From Massalongia carnosa (Eukaryota), in assembly GCA_965645245.1 (NCBI GenBank), contig OZ287085.1:434001-498000 (forward strand): a stretch of DNA of 64,000 nt, given 5' to 3'. Positions 23,819 to 34,500 of the stretch are shown in pieces (the first letter of the stretch is position 1; each line of letters begins with the position of its first letter). Made by a program: the position numbers and the translations under genes. The notes beneath the pieces were generated by a model. The model made no database searches, was not told the origin of the DNA, and was given only the letters and a program-made list of their open reading frames with translations.

Positions 23819-24845
23819 TGTAATGGGCTACGAGACCAGTAAGCTTATCACGAGCGACACTGATCTCGAAAGGGGAAATGCTCAGCGTGAGAGGTGGAAG
23901 ATAGCTACTACGTGCTGGTCTCCGAGAGTATACGTGATCCAAAGAACTAATCGATGTGGAAGTGCTCAGACCAAGAGATCTCGTCCGAGACCCAAACGTA
24001 GGTTGTTCATAGAATAAAGACTAATTGCTAACGAATACTACAAGATTCGTTCTGGTATTTATCCTACTCACCCCAAGCCTATAGCCTTGGGAGCCTTGGA
24101 ACCTTAGGAGCCTTGCAACCCACTTCTGACCTTATCGTCTTACATCTAACCATCCCTCAGGATCCATCTACGAACTCGGCGTTCGCTGGATCATCTAGTC
24201 AGCCTCGAGCAGCCTTCTAGACCTTCCCTTGCAAGGTAGAACACTTCTACCTCCGGCTAGATCCCTCACTACATTGCTAGCCTGCCTCTAAACATAAAGT
24301 CTAGACGCCGAGGCTATGTAGCTTCATTTCGCCGTCACCACTACCAACGTAGCGATGGAAGGTTACCTCCGACTGAATCTCTATCTACACTGCGGACCTG
24401 CCTCTAGACACAAGGTCTAGACCACAAGGTCATGTAGGTTCATTCAGCCGACATCACTACCAACGTAGCAATAAAGGTTGAAGCTGAAGTTTACACCGGG
24501 GAGGCCGAGCTCAAGCTGCGTCCAGCTAGCCGTGCCTCCTGCTACAACTCTTGATCCATCAAGAGATCGAGTAGCTCCGGGTAGGCCAGTAGATTCCATA
24601 TAGAGTTCACGGCTTCTCCACAGGAGTTCGCCTTACTCCATGGCAATCTACCACCACGGCCTCGACAGGTGTTTGATCTGTAAGCAGTCTAGAACGTAGT
24701 AACAACTAATTCGGAGTTGTGTGGCAAGGTGGCGTCGTGTCAACCTCGACGGCTGTGCGACTAAGTACTACGGCCTGGCTCATGCTAGTTAATCCCGCAA
24801 CCGCCGTAGGCGATCACGTATCCTTCTAGCGCCATCCGTATTACA
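23819..24845. mobile_element. 1027-bp insertion with TGTAAT...ATTACA ends; probable long solo LTR
   Basis: 5-bp TSD TCAAT at 23814-23818 and 24846-24850; interrupts the DD37E transposase at PW|IEAKH; internal direct repeat of about 80 bp at 24281 and 24398. Confidence 0.85.
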
Positions 24846-25704
24846 TCAATCCAGGCTTCACAATAGGCTCCAATATAGAGTCGATATAGACTCGTTGACT
24901 CATCTTTCCATTGAAGTTTCCAGGAACTTTGTAAAAGTAGATATCTGACTTGAAGTCATGACCTGCAGCAGCCCAACAATGATGTCTCTTCTTGACGGCC
25001 TCGTCTGGTTTATCTGCTTCTTGAATACAATCATGACAATAACGTTCACCTAATCTTCGTATGATGCGTAATTTGCCCTGAGGTCCCCATCCAAAGTGCA
25101 CTTCGTCGCTAAATCGAACTTGTTTCCAGTCTTCTGCATTTGGATATCTAGAAGCATAGCATCTGACCACTTCGAAGCTTTCTTGTCTTCTCGTTCACCC
25201 ATCCCTTTCTGCACGCAATACATTTGTGATAATCCATGGTGCCCATGATTCGTTGAATGGTTTTGCCACTGCAGTCTAGGCTACTTCGAAGCCCAATTGC
25301 TCCCATGTAAGAGCGCGCGCCTCCATACCTTCTTCTTCCAATAGCCGTTCCATTTCTCTAATCAATTTAGGCGTAACAATTTTGTGACGCCCACGAGCTT
25401 CAGAAACATCGGAATTATTATGATGACGGCGTGATGGGGCTCCTTCACGCAGGTATGCATAGCCCCTCGTACGTTCCACATCAAATGTGCGAAAAACATC
25501 CTCTTTGTGATAAGAAATGCCTTGCTTTTCGCAAAATTCAACGGCTCCCTGAATTTTAGCTTTGGTAGGAGTCTCGATATGTTTAGAATTCATAATAATG
25601 ATAATTATCCCATCAAAATCGTATGTAAATTGCTTGTGTTTTGGTGGGGAGTTGAGCCCGGTTAAATTTTGGTGTAGTTTTTTTTTTGTCCCCCGCGTGC
25701 AAGG

Positions 25705-28700
25705 GTAACCAGTAAGTCCAGTCATCCTGTTGATAATTGACGTAGCATCGTAGATATTGTTCCAGTGTCTGATTTTGTCTCTCGGTTTGACCATCCGTTT
25801 GTGGATGAAAGGCTGTACTGTAACTGAGTCGAAGTCTCAAATGATAACAGAAATGAGACCAGTACTTTGAGGTGAATAAACTACCCCTATCCGAGACAAT
25901 AGACACTGGCATACCGAATTTGGTAAATATTTCTTCCACTAGGACGTCAGCCATGATTTCAGCATTCCAGTCCTTTCGTGCGGGAATATATCGAGAATAT
26001 TTGGTATACCGATCCACAATGACAAGAATCGCATCATATGCCACGGTTCGGCGGAGACTCGGGGGCAGATCCGTTATGAAGTCCATCGTCCAATTTTGTC
26101 TAGGCCCTTTTGGTACGGGTAGGGATTCTAATAATCTGAAGGGCTTATGTCTGGACGATTTGACTTGATGAAAACGAGTACACGTTTCCACATAATGCCT
26201 GATGTCCTTTACCATTTCGGGCCAATAATATTTCCTCTGGATCAATTCCAACGTTCTGGAATAACTAAAGTGGCCCGCATTAGGATCATCATGATTCTAC
26301 CGCAAAAGTTCAGCACGTAATAGACCAGGGGGAATATATCACCTATTGTCCCTGCATAGGATATTATCCTTCATGTGCCATCGGGTTTTTTCTAGGTCTC
26401 CTTCGACTTCGCCCTCCGACTCCCGCTCGTCTCGGAGCTGAGAGCCTGACGAGTCTTCGTTACCCCCCAATTTATCCCTCGACGTGTCATGTAGTCGTCC
26501 TATAGAATTCCGCCCCTCATCTATCGACGATGCGATGGATGGCCGTTTCTTCTGCACTAGTGGATCAGGCTCTTGTAGAGTTTGTAAAACGGTGCGTAGT
26601 TCTATTGGGGCGGCCCCAAACGCCGAGTCTTTCTCAGAGACATTTTTTATCTCTTTCCGAGAAATTTCAAACTTCTAATCCGAAGTTTCCACGAGTTTGA
26701 GTCCAACTGATTTTAATTAATCAATTTCTCGTGTAACTGAGAGGTATCGGAACTACTTCCTGATTTTTTCCCCTTAGTTCTTCCAACAACCGCAAGAATT
26801 TCAGGAATTTCGACAATTTCAGCCGAATCAATTCCAATTCCTTCAGTAGTTTGTTGGGCCTGCGCAGTACTCCGACAATTTTTGTCGACAACGGGTGGAC
26901 TCATCAAATTGCGATTTGCCCCGTCTGATAATTCAATTATAGTAGATTCTCAATCCATAGCATCGTCAGCTACTTGAGATTCATCATTCACAAGGGCCAT
27001 TGTCCAATTTGACGTAATGAGCTCCTCTATCCCACCCTCGATTCCTCTCCGAGACCCCCCCGAATCTTCCAGGAATTATAGCTCCGGCTTGATGAGATAA
27101 GTCGTGCCTTTCTTCCATATAATCCGGGCGTCTAGAGGGTCCATCGGCTGGATTATGACGACCTGGACGATATTCAATGACGAGATCAAGACTAGAAAGT
27201 CTTTCCCACCATCTCCCCTCTCGTCTAGATAAATTTTTGGTAGTAAGAAAGATACGAAGATTACAATCATCGGTTATTACCCGAATCGAATGTATCGCCC
27301 CCTCAAAATAATGTCTCCACTCCTTACATGCTTCAACAATGGCCAACATTTCTGTTTCGCCAACACCGTAGTTTAATTCGACTGCATGCATTTTTCTTGA
27401 CCAAAAAGCAATAGGATGCCACTGTCCCGTCGATTCAACCAATTGTGATAAAATAGCTGAAATCGCGACTCCGGACGCGTCCGTCTCTAATTGTATTTTC
27501 CGCTTAGGGTCAAAATGCAATAACATAGGAGCGGTGGTAAAAGCATGCTTGAGACGACGAAATGATTCTCTTGCTTCTTCGGTGAATGAGAATTTAATAT
27601 CGAACTTTCCTTTCTTTCCCCCTTTTAGTAGCGTCGTTAAGGCGGCCACAATGCGCGAGAATTCGTTGATAAATCGCCTATAGAAATTTGCAAAACCGAG
27701 AAATACTTGAATATCTCGATGATTTTTGGGTTCAGGCCAATCTATAATCGTCGCCACCCGAGACGAGTCCATAGATATACCATTCCGATTTACAATAAAT
27801 CCCAGAAATTCAATTTCAGTCTGGTCAAAGAGGCACTTGGATAATTTCACCTGTAGACTGAATTTCCGTAATTTCTCCAGGACTAGTCGGACATGAAATG
27901 TATGATCTTTTATCGATTTGGAGAATATCAAAATATCGTCCAAGTACACCACTACGAAGTCATCTAAACATTCCCGTTGGGCTTCGTTTATGTAGGCCTG
28001 GAATGACGCAGGAGCGTTGAATAGTCCGAAAGGCATAACCCGGTATTCAAATTGACCGTGCCTGCATCGAAAAGCCGTTTTCCATTCGTCACCGGCCCGT
28101 ACCCGGATTTTATGATATGCATCCCGGATATCGAGTTTAGTGAAGTAGACGGCGCCAACAAGAACATTTAATAGGTTCATGATCAAGGGTAAAGGATATC
28201 GATTTTTTATGGTAATAGCGTTCAGTCCCCGATAATCAACACATAGTCTCAGACCACCATTCTTTTTCTTGACGAATAAAATAGGAGCACCGGCCGATGA
28301 AGTGCTAGGAACTATGAATCCTTTGGCCAAATATTTGTCGAGGTACTCCCGTAATATTTGTAACTCGGTCAAGGATAAATTGTATATTGGGCCGAATGGA
28401 GGCTGTTTTCCTTCCGTATCGATAGCATGATCCTGAGGTCCATGTTCAGGCAACTTCTGTGCATTATCTTTCGAAAAGACGTCATGGAAATCCGAATATT
28501 TGGATGGAATTTCATTTGTAACCTCCGTCACCGAACCGACTACGGTTCCTGCCCGATCGAGCTTCTCGATATCTAAAAGGAATGCCTGAACTCCATCTTT
28601 TTCACAAATGTCCCAAATTTCGTCCCTGCTCACCATCGCTACGTCCGCTTGACTACTGGTATTTTTACTTCGGGGGGGGTAACCCCCTCGTCTACAGGCC

Positions 28701-29374
28701 TTTCAATCTCGAGAGGTAAAATCTCATGCAGACAAGTGTAACAGGGGTGGTAATAAGTCACCTAAGCCACTGAGCCAAAAGGCTACTATGGTAGTTCTCC
28801 TATAGAGACACTACCGCTTATTACACTACATATAGGTGCCCCGCGCCCGGTACGTCACCGTACCTCCTTAGGCGCTCATGTATTGCGCTCGCTGGCTAGC
28901 AGTACTGAGTACCGCTATAACAACAAGCCCCATCGTCGCCACTTTTGGTCCGACGAACATGGAACAATTTGCGCTCATGCCAGCGGATATCCGGGTCCAC
29001 CCAATTTAACCAGGGTAGGCCTAGTATAATATCCACCCCGAGCATGTCAGCATCCACGAACTTATGTTCCGTTCGATCCTCAATTCCCCTACTATCAACA
29101 ACCCCAACTAGTAGGGAGTGATTTCGATAGGTACGCAGAGGTGTTCCATCCAGAGTCTTTAAGTCGGACGGCGGTGGCGAGTCGGGGTTGAATCGGATAC
29201 CGAGTTCTTTGACCTTGAGTTGTGACACGAAATTCCATGTCGAGCCGCAGTCAATCATGGCCCGAATTCGTAGTATGACTTGTCCTAGATATAAAGTTAT
29301 CATAGTAAACAAGTGATTTATTTTTTCACCTCTCTTTTTACGAGCCAACACAATCGAGGCAACATCGATTGACT
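25705..29374 (-). pseudogene. pol of gypsy A copy 2 (protease, RT, RNase H, long spacer, integrase core)
   Basis: AMIDCGSTWNFV; RLCVDYRGLN, YLDD, ETDASG (ORF 26984-28636); WTMDFITDLP, HPQTDGQTER; interrupted at 28737-28922 and by stops in the spacer. Confidence 0.93.
28737..28922 (+). mobile_element. Solo LTR of family X (186 bp)
   Basis: TGTAACA...TATAACA; TSD ACAAG at 28732-28736 and 28923-28927. Confidence 0.92.
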
Positions 29375-30475
29375 CTAAGCTTTTCCCGTCTTCCTTGTTG
29401 GGGCTCGACAGTCAGATTTCTTATGACCCTTCTTACCACAATTCCAACAAGTGATTTTTGGAGAGTCGGTGGTGTCTTCTCGGGGTCGTTTACGACTCGG
29501 GGAGGTAACGGCTGCTTGAGCGGGACTAGCCTCGGAAGTTTCGCTCGTCTTTGAACTCGAGGCCTTGTTGTAGGTCACGGTTCGTTGGTGACTCGGGGCC
29601 CTCTGCGGCCTTTCTTCGTTTGTAGATCGATGATGGGGACGAGTGGCGTTCCGAACGAAATCGGGTTTAGGCTCCACTCTTTCTGCTACTCGGGCCGCTT
29701 CAATTAATGCAAGTCGTGTTGTGCCTTGAGAATTAGCTCGAATAATAGCTCTCTGTAGATAATCATGAAGAGAATGTAGAAGATTACTATGTCTTTGTGA
29801 TTCGGAAGGTATTTCTGGAAGTTGATCTTCCAGTTTGTTGAGATAAGAAACAAAATCCGACACTGTTTGTCCTGGTCGTTGTTTTAATTTCTTCAATTGT
29901 CCTCCGAGATCCAATAGACGAAGATATTTTAGTTTTAGCTTTTCCTGGAGAAAGTCAACAAAATATTTCCAGGTAAGAGAACATTCATCAAGTGTGGGCT
30001 TCTCTCTATGCCAGTCATCTGCTGGAGTTCCTCCAATATAATTCTCCCCATACAAGACCTTTGTTGTGTTCTTTTCATAGGTGATGGTTTTTTGATTGAA
30101 GGTACGAAGACATTCTCTGACGAATTGTTCGTAGTCCTTCTGATTAGTTCCTGTATAGTTCTTTGGGTCAGCAGTCTTGAACGATTTTTCAAGACTCAAT
30201 GGGTCGATTTCCTTCGGACGAATAGTCAACGTCGTCGGGAGGGGTTCGGCGGGGAATCCGGCGTCTCTGTCTGCTCTGGCTTTTTCTAGACTAGTAGCCA
30301 GCTGGGCGCGTTGTCTTTGGGCGTTTATCTCGTCCAATTCACGTTGCATATCGTCTATGGAGGACAGAGGCGTGTTAGTCGTCCAGGAGTCGGGCGTGTT
30401 TTCCACTGTGTCCGACTCGTTGTTTCCAGAGGAATTACCTCTCACCACAGCTGAAGTCGCACGTCGGGGTGCCAT
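29375..30475 (-). CDS. gag: Gag of gypsy A copy 2 (366 aa, intact)
   Basis: LKQRPGQTVSDFVSYL major-homology-like region and CWNCGKKGHKKSDC zinc knuckle; GGGAAAA slippery heptamer at 29381-29387 just before the stop. Confidence 0.93.
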   Translation of the reverse strand: MAPRRATSAVVRGNSSGNNESDTVENTPDSWTTNTPLSSIDDMQRELDEINAQRQRAQLATSLEKARADRDAGFPAEPLPTTLTIRPKEIDPLSLEKSFKTADPKNYTGTNQKDYEQFVRECLRTFNQKTITYEKNTTKVLYGENYIGGTPADDWHREKPTLDECSLTWKYFVDFLQEKLKLKYLRLLDLGGQLKKLKQRPGQTVSDFVSYLNKLEDQLPEIPSESQRHSNLLHSLHDYLQRAIIRANSQGTTRLALIEAARVAERVEPKPDFVRNATRPHHRSTNEERPQRAPSHQRTVTYNKASSSKTSETSEASPAQAAVTSPSRKRPREDTTDSPKITCWNCGKKGHKKSDCRAPTRKTGKA

Positions 30476-30804
30476 AGTATCGTCGGGCTGTTACTAGGAT
30501 ATAAGACTGAACAAAATGTAAGGGGTCAAGTCTAATAGCGTGACTACTATATGGATTCGTGATGAATGTACGAATAGAGAGTGGTAAATCAATAAATTGA
30601 TCAGTAACCCCTCGAAAGAAGTGGGCGATCAGGTCCTTATCCTATAGCCCCACTTCTTCGGGTCGCGAGTCCGTTGATTTAATTATAGTGATTATGATTG
30701 GTACAATGAAAAGAAGAATACGAACACGAGCCGTGTCCTAGTCGGAGATCGGAGATCGGTTATAACTACCGATTCGCTTATGTCAGGACGTGCGTGACCT
30801 GACA

Positions 30805-30974
30805 ATCAGTCACCTAAGCCACTGAGCCAAAAGGCTACTATGGTAGTTCTCCTATGGAGACAAGACCGCTTATTATACTATATATAGCTGCCCCGCGCCC
30901 GGTACGTTACCGTACTACCTTAGGCGCTAATATATTGCGCCCGCTGGCTAGCAGTACTGAGTTCCGCTGTAATA
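30805..30974 (+). mobile_element. Remainder of the split family X LTR
   Basis: TCACCTAAGCCACTGAGCCAAAAGGCTACTATGG... matches 28758 onward. Confidence 0.88.
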
Positions 30975-31072
30975 GAACCCTATGATTTTTGGTACCCGGG
31001 TTGGGTTTTGATAGAAAAACCAGGGGGCGAAAAGACAATTTTTTGGCGAAAGGTAACCCGTTGCGCGGCGTA
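30975..31072. mobile_element. hAT-like MITE, truncated copy 3
   Basis: Ends AACCCGTTGCGCGGCGTA; internal match to 54784-54881. Confidence 0.8.
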
Positions 31073-31501
31073 TGTGCAATTAAGATGAATAATTTATTTA
31101 TCGAGTATTTCTTGAAAAGTATTACAGGATTATCGGGATCAAAGATTTACGCATTTATGAAGACGTTATCTTTAACGATCAGATTCAATTTTCTATATAT
31201 GATAGGGTTAATTCGTTTGATTTGTTTAACTCGATCAATTTTTTATGTGAATTTTAAGCGTTTTAAATACATTTGAGAATTTTGAAAATTCTGAAAATTT
31301 GTCGTCAAAAATTTTTGATTGATAGGCAAAGATTTGATCAATTTAAACGTCATGTTTTCATAGAATTTTCATTTTTAATTTACAAAAAAACCTAATCGGG
31401 TTAAACAGTTTAACCCGGAAACCCGGATAAAAAATCCGAATCTGACCCGAAAACCCCGATTTAAACCGGACTTGCTAGATAATCCGACGGGTTTTACTCA
31501 A

Positions 31502-34500
31502 TGTAAGGAAGCTGTCGTCAATTCTAATCCACCGCTATTAAACCAATATTTATCTACAAAGACCAAAATAGAAATTACTGCGCGCCCTTGACGAAGCTAT
31601 TATCACCGTGGGTCGCGCTAGTGCACGTGCTCCCGTGATCCCCCTTTTCCTCATAGCTGGCGCTAAGCATGTTCATTGAACTTCCTAAGCCCTATGTCTG
31701 GCTAGGACCCTGACACTTTACCCCCCCTTTATGGGCGAGGTCTCCGATGCGCTAATTGCCAATCGCTTTGCCAAGCCCAATGTCGTCATATTAAGGTTCG
31801 AGATCGACTCAAAATCAACCTATTAATAATATCAATCAATATTTATTAAACCCTCCGGGGTTTGGGTTTTTTTGGGAGCTCTCTATGATATTAAAGCACT
31901 TTACCCGGTGAATTCTTGAAGTCAGTCCTCGGTTGCCTGTAGGGATTGGCGTTACATTCGTCCCAGTTTCCCACTAACGTGGCTTTGTATTGAACTCCGA
32001 ATTTTCTTGTCTCACAGCAGTCTACTACTTCTAGGACTTCCCATTCTTCGTGTGATTCTTCTTCCTGTTATCGAGATAGGTGGACCTGGCGGAAGAACTT
32101 GTCCTGGGAAATGGTTGGATGGCGCGAGGTGGAGTTTCCATGGATGGAAGATTGGTGTAAGTCCTACGTTCCTTAATTGGTCTTGAGTTTCTAGTTCGTA
32201 TGCCTTGTTGTCGATGATTCTGATTATCTTCCTTGTGCCTGCGTTTTTGAATCCTAGAGACTTGCTCGGGCGCTCGAATGCAAAATGTTTAGAAAATGTT
32301 TAGCATTAACATATACTATGTATCCTACTTTGTATTCTGGATGCGGCTGGCGATCTTTGTTCGCATGCCGCGCTTGTTCTTCTTGAGCCCATGCTAACTG
32401 ATCTCTTAGCCATGTTCGCATTGCTTCCTGACGTTCTATAATCTTATCGGCGTGTAATAATTCGGCCTTGCCTTTTCCTTCATAGTGGCCTGAGGGTTCT
32501 ATCCTACTCCGCGGGTTAAAGCCCTGATCCGCGAAGAAAGGTGTCATCCCGGTTGAGACGTTAACGTGATTGTTGGCGGCGAATTCGGCGTCTGCTAGGT
32601 AATCTACCCAGTTTTCTTGAGTATAATTGACGTACGCTCTGAGGTAATTCTTCATTACTTTGATGGCGTTTTCTGTCTGACCGTCTGTCTCTGGATGATG
32701 CGCTGACGAAAACTTAATTTTTATCCCGTATCTTTCGCAGACTCTTTTCCACAAGTGTGCTGTTAATTGACTTCCTCTATCATTAACCGTGGATGTAGGA
32801 AACCCATAAGACGAGAATAATTTTCGAGCCATAGCATCCATTAATTCGTCCGTAGAAAGTGATATTAAAGGTCCGTATAAACGTCTTTTTGTCAAACGAT
32901 CTATGACTACCAATATGTGCTGATATACTCTATTTCGTCTGCGGCATTCGGGAAGGAATTCGACGAAGTCTAATGAAACATCTGTCCATTTTCTGTTCGG
33001 TATAGGAAGAGGATTCAATAAACCTTGCTTTTTATCGTTTTACGCTTTGGACCTTCGGCAGACAGAGCAGTTCACCGCATATCGTTTGCAATTATCTTTC
33101 ATTTCAAACCAGAAGTAGTTTTCTCTCATGATTTGATACATGCTTTTATATCCTGGATTGCCTTGTAAGGACGGTTCGTGATGTTTCTTTAAAAGATAAA
33201 ACAGTAAGGGCTCATGGTTTGGGATATATAATCTTCCCGTGACATATAGCTTATGATCTTCCAGCTTGAGGTCTCCCATGGCTAGCTTTATCCCTCTTTT
33301 TATGAGGTTTAGTAGGGGTTTTCTTAATTCCTTTCTTTTTGCTAATATTATGTCTTGGACTACTTCGGCTTTTTCATAAGCTTCTTCTATATGTTCTTCT
33401 AGAGATTTTTCTTCTATCTCTTTGCCTTCATTTGCGACGACTTCTTGTTCATTGTCGGCTCTCTCTGTTTCTGAGATGTCCTCTTCGGTGGTTTCGCTTT
33501 CATTATCTTGATCTTCGTTCTCGTCGTTGATAATGGTGTTTGCTGTATTTGTACAGAAAACTACGGATAACGCTTTTCGTACGTCGTCGTCTAATTGTTG
33601 CTCTTGTTTGAAATTGATGTTGCTGACGACTATCTTCCAATCCCTTTGGAAGATCTTGAGACCGGCGGGTTAATGTGTCTGGTTTCTCACCTTGTTTTCC
33701 TGGCCGATACGTGATCATGAAATTGAATTCCGATAGGAATTCCGCCCATCTGGCTTGCCTGCGGTTTAGTTGCTTTGTTGTCATGAAGTGTTCCAAGTTC
33801 TTATGATCCGTGTAAACCTTTACTGGTTTATCTGGGGCTGCACTGGCAATCTCGGGTCGCCAGACCTCAAAGCTTTTACCGATGGCTAAGAGTTTCTTGT
33901 CGTATATCATATAATTACACTCGGCGGGTGTCATCTTTTTAGAGAAGTAAGCCACCGGTTTCAATACTCCATCGTGCATCTGAGAGAGGACCCCGGCGCT
34001 GACGAAATCTGAGGAATCCGTCTCTACCCAGGTCTCTAAAGCAGGGTCATAATGTGCTAACACTGGTGCTGTAGTGAATGCCTCCTTCAAATCCTCAAAG
34101 GCTCTCTGACAGTCCTCGGACCAAGTAAATGTATTATACTTGGTTCGTTTCTTTCCCGACTTTGTGGTTATTTGCTCGCCATTGGTTAGTTCAGTTAATG
34201 ATCTTGTTCTTTGCGAGAATCTTGATATAAATCTCCGATAGAAATTCGCAAAACCTAAGAATGCTTGTACGTCTTTTACGAATTCTAGTGTTGCCCATTT
34301 TAAAACGGCTTCGATTTTTTTGGGATCCTTTTTTATTCCATCGGTGGTGACTATCAGTCCGAGATACTTTACTTCCTTCACTGAGAATTCACATTTGTCG
34401 ATGTCGACTTGAAGTCCTCGTTCTTGCAATCTCTTTAGAACCTTTAAAACTTGTCCCGAATCTTCCTCTTCATTCCCGCTATAAATCAAGACGTCGTCTA

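Larger units (their letters stand above)
18496..25593 (-). pseudogene. DD37E transposase in three pieces (25593-24846, 23818-23530, 18544-18496)
   Basis: MNSKHIETPTKAKIQGAVEF..; [56 protein letters not shown] (37 residues between D and E); MPDRLRAVLDGEGKMTCY*. Confidence 0.88.
18360..25699 (-). mobile_element. Tc1/mariner-type DD37E transposon with CAC...GTG ends, about 95-bp TIRs and a 5-bp TSD (about 1.32 kb without nested inserts)
   Basis: TIR CACGCGGGGGACAAAAAAAAAACTACACCAAAATTTAACCGGG...; TSD CAAGG at 18355-18359 and 25700-25704; removal restores the integrase frame WLPLAEFAY. Confidence 0.92.
16360..30804 (-). mobile_element. Full-length Ty3/gypsy chromovirus (family A, copy 2) with nested insertions
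   Basis: 288-bp LTR pair 16360-16647 and 30517-30804 with few differences; TSD ATAAG/ATCAG (one mismatch); PPT next to 16648; gag-PR-RT-RH-IN-chromodomain on the minus strand. Confidence 0.95.

Noticed and set aside
31380..31500. AACCCG/CGGGTT cluster as a DNA transposon end
   Set aside because: No partner terminus or TSD could be identified; left uncalled.
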